Source: Veleropilina oligotropha (lineage: Eukaryota). From it: DNA of 64,000 nt. Of this stretch, positions 61,602 to 64,000 are shown in pieces; the stretch's first letter is position 1, and every line of letters begins with the position of its first letter. The stretch is from the NCBI GenBank assembly GCA_048128005.1, contig JBEUKZ010000100.1:186001-250000 (forward strand), written 5' to 3'. The translations under genes were made by a program, and so were the position numbers. The notes under the pieces were generated by a model that had not been told where the DNA came from, did not search any database, and saw only the letters and a list, made by a program, of their open reading frames with translations.

Positions 61602-62874
61602 TCTCGATATTCAGCTGTGCGTCCATGATCACGAACTCGTAGACGTTCAGTGGACCGGCCGCTTCGGCTGTTTTAGTGATCTGAATAGTAATGCCTTCGC
61701 TGGCGTTCTCGACCCTCCGGCCTGACCCGTGCAACTGATCGTCGTCAGTTACCCGCATATCGATCCAGAGCGCAAATTTCTTAGTCAGAAATTCGCCCAG
61801 GGTGACGTCTGCCATCTCCAAGTCCTTTGCGACCATCGCGACCTCAGGATGCCGCTTGCTGCAGCCGGAGGCGAACATTTTCTTGGCTTCTTCCCAGATC
61901 TGGTATGTTCGCATGCCCTGGCTGTAGATTTGATTCGGGACACCCTCGATTGTGACCTCGACCTTTGTGATCTTCGGATTATAGAAGGCCTCAGTATCGC
62001 GAGAGAATGGCGCGGCGTCTCTCGCAGGGTCCTCGAACAACAGTAGTATTCCTTTCATCGACCTCGCCGGTACGTTCACATTCATATTCCACAACGAGTC
62101 GCTCTTGTCTAGGGTGAGCTTCCGATGCCGGAGAACACGGTCGTACAGGATTACGAGTTGACCCTGGTATTGATTTCGAATCCGTCTGGCAAGCTCGGAT
62201 TGGGTTACCATGTCATATTCGAGGGATATATTGTCGATGGAATAGCTGGAACCGGAGTCGTCCGTCTCACGGATAGTCCGGGAGTAGTCGTTGAACGTTA
62301 GCTCATACTCGAGACGGTCTCCAAGGGCGCTTTGATAGAATGGCATGTGACTTTCCAACAGCTCGAAATCCAGCGGGATGCGGAATCGGTTACCGTACGC
62401 GGCCGCGACCGCGACATCCTCAGACAGTCTAAAGGCGTCTGCCGCGCCAACACGATGCTTCGTAGTGTTGTGTCCATCGCTGGTATCAATCCCCTGGTAC
62501 TGGGCGTTCTTGCGCTCCCCGGTGGTCTTCCAGAGATCGCAGTAGCAGTGGTACACGTCGGAGTCGTCAATCGACATGATCTCGTTTCCACTTATCTTTA
62601 TCGTGGTCTTTCTGATCACGGCACGGCCGATATTTTGCACTACAGTCCTATTCGCATTTACCGAGGTCAGAGAGATGGTAAATGCAAGGTGGGCAGTCCC
62701 TGGAACGATCACGTCATTCGCCCCGAGATTAGGGAACCGAACCAGGAGCTGCTGGTTCGGGGCAATCGTTGATGGATTGTTTGTAATCGTGACCGACTGG
62801 CGGATGCCCTTGACTGCGAGGGGCTCACGCAGCCTGCGGTATGGATTAAGCTTGCGTCCGTATACGCTAGTCAT
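61573..62874 (-). CDS. Probable double-jelly-roll major capsid protein, 433 aa
   Basis: Size, beta-rich pattern (LLVRFP, LEYELTFN, YSIDNISLEYD, FYNPKITKVEVTIEG, FALWIDMR) and position overlapping the packaging ATPase; the fold is inferred, not computed. Confidence 0.8.
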   Translation of the reverse strand: MTSVYGRKLNPYRRLREPLAVKGIRQSVTITNNPSTIAPNQQLLVRFPNLGANDVIVPGTAHLAFTISLTSVNANRTVVQNIGRAVIRKTTIKISGNEIMSIDDSDVYHCYCDLWKTTGERKNAQYQGIDTSDGHNTTKHRVGAADAFRLSEDVAVAAAYGNRFRIPLDFELLESHMPFYQSALGDRLEYELTFNDYSRTIRETDDSGSSYSIDNISLEYDMVTQSELARRIRNQYQGQLVILYDRVLRHRKLTLDKSDSLWNMNVNVPARSMKGILLLFEDPARDAAPFSRDTEAFYNPKITKVEVTIEGVPNQIYSQGMRTYQIWEEAKKMFASGCSKRHPEVAMVAKDLEMADVTLGEFLTKKFALWIDMRVTDDDQLHGSGRRVENASEGITIQITKTAEAAGPLNVYEFVIMDAQLNIENGRFVEALY

Positions 62875-62910
62875 GGCTGAATTAGATGCGTATCCCACTG
62901 ATGTATTCAA

Positions 62911-64000
62911 ATGGCGGAATTCGATAACCCCGCATTCGAGCCGGACGATCTCATCGACAACGATGATACCATCATCGACGATACTGATGTGGATCTATCC
63001 ACCGACCGGTTTATGCCTGTTCTTTCGGAACGGCCACAGGAAGGAACCAGCAGTCTTCAGCAAGAGCTCGTTCAGGGCGTAGTTGACGACTACTACAAAG
63101 CCCTGGCACAGGAGGGGCAGACCCCAGCCGCAGGGCGAGATTATTCAAAATTCAAGTATGTGAGGGGAAAATTAGGGCGGGGTGGAAAATTGGTGATGAC
63201 GGACTACCCCGACATCAATCTCATAAATTCTCGCACCGGCAACCCCTTGGCGTTGTCAACAATAGCTGGCCGGCCTGGTGGGGGTGATGCAATCCGTGAA
63301 GGGTTGGGTTTTGTACACTGGACGCGGGGGGGACAAAAGCCGTCCTCAAAAGCGGTTGCAGCTCTTCAGACAGCCGACAACGAGTTGAGCGGTGCGGCCG
63401 CTAATGTCGAAAACATAGAACTGCGGGACTTGGGGCAGACTGCTACTGATGCCTCGGTAGCAATCCACACGATGGAGACGAAATTCACTGATGCCGAGGT
63501 TGAAGAGATCTTAGGCACAATGGGGGACCCTCCATTAAATCTTCGCGAGCTTCGCGGACTTGACAAGGCGATGCAGACCATCCGAGGCGAACTAACCAAC
63601 AATCTAGCCAAACTAACGGCGCTGGACGAACACATAGAGCTGGAGAAGATGAAGCTCGATCAGGCAGATGAAGAGGGCGGTGTGGATGAGTTCATCCGTC
63701 GACGGATCGCGGAACGTCTGCGCGACCTGAATGATGAAAGAGCAGCTCGCCTAGAGGCAGCATCATCAAGCCGGGAGGCCCTTCGCTCTCAAATCAGCCG
63801 GATCCGAGAGATGATAAGTCGGATCCTGAACACCGACACAACGCTGGCCGAGCGTATCCGGACCCTGTTCCGCGAGCAAGGGGTCACGATCGCAACAATA
63901 CTGACCGCTATCGGGCTCGCCATCTCGACTTTGGTACTAGCCCTGACAGGTGGAGCGCCGAGCCCGCCAACGCCACCACCACCTCCCAGTGGTCAGGGCG
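62911..64000 (+). CDS. Partial viral ORF (at least 363 aa, runs off the window): acidic N-terminus, long coiled coil, hydrophobic helix, proline-rich linker
   Basis: Translated by hand, open from ATG 62911 to the window end: MAEFDNPAFEPDD...LRELRGLDKAMQTIRGEL...TLAERIRTLFREQGVTIATILTAIGLAISTLVLALTGG-APSPPTPPPPP; absent from the ORF track because there is no stop in the window. Confidence 0.85.
   Translation, partial: MAEFDNPAFEPDDLIDNDDTIIDDTDVDLSTDRFMPVLSERPQEGTSSLQQELVQGVVDDYYKALAQEGQTPAAGRDYSKFKYVRGKLGRGGKLVMTDYPDINLINSRTGNPLALSTIAGRPGGGDAIREGLGFVHWTRGGQKPSSKAVAALQTADNELSGAAANVENIELRDLGQTATDASVAIHTMETKFTDAEVEEILGTMGDPPLNLRELRGLDKAMQTIRGELTNNLAKLTALDEHIELEKMKLDQADEEGGVDEFIRRRIAERLRDLNDERAARLEAASSSREALRSQISRIREMISRILNTDTTLAERIRTLFREQGVTIATILTAIGLAISTLVLALTGGAPSPPTPPPPPSGQG

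Larger units (their letters stand above)
53012..64000. mobile_element. Endogenous Polinton/Maverick-like (adintovirus-like) dsDNA virus; left end present, right part outside the window
   Basis: Abrupt switch to GC-rich, intronless, tightly packed ORFs; rve integrase, A32-like ATPase, capsid-sized ORF and PolB-like gene; begins AGCAGCAG, like Polinton 5'-AG short-repeat termini. Confidence 0.92.

Noticed and set aside
53012..64000. Bacterial or phage contamination
   Set aside because: The gene set matches eukaryotic Polinton-like viruses and the junction has a Polinton-like terminus; read-level confirmation is still needed

Overview
Eukaryotic, AT-rich and repeat-dense DNA; the repeat landscape suggests a marine invertebrate, but this is not certain. 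Positions 1-53,000 hold 25 internal coding exons of one large minus-strand gene. They splice in frame through GT-AG junctions to about 1,619 codons of a VWDE-like extracellular protein (LamG/ConA-like, Ig-like, VWD, EGF) built from a repeated 16-exon, ~1,009-aa module. The introns contain satellites, tRNA-derived SINEs, MITEs, Helitron/Helentron-type elements, a piggyBac-like insertion and a Penelope relic interrupted by a solo LTR. From ~53,012 to the window end the DNA becomes GC-rich, intronless and gene-dense: an apparently intact endogenous Polinton/Maverick (adintovirus-like) virus, probably inside an intron of the host gene. It encodes an rve integrase, an A32/FtsK packaging ATPase, a likely double-jelly-roll major capsid protein and several small membrane-type proteins. 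It also encodes an unusual 1,290-aa replication protein that appears to fuse a Rho_N/HeH-like domain, a vOTU-like protease, a divergent family-B polymerase with no recognisable exonuclease, an SF1B (RecD/Pif1-like) helicase and an HNH/EndoVII-like nuclease. All calls are by eye from sequence motifs; no searches were run.
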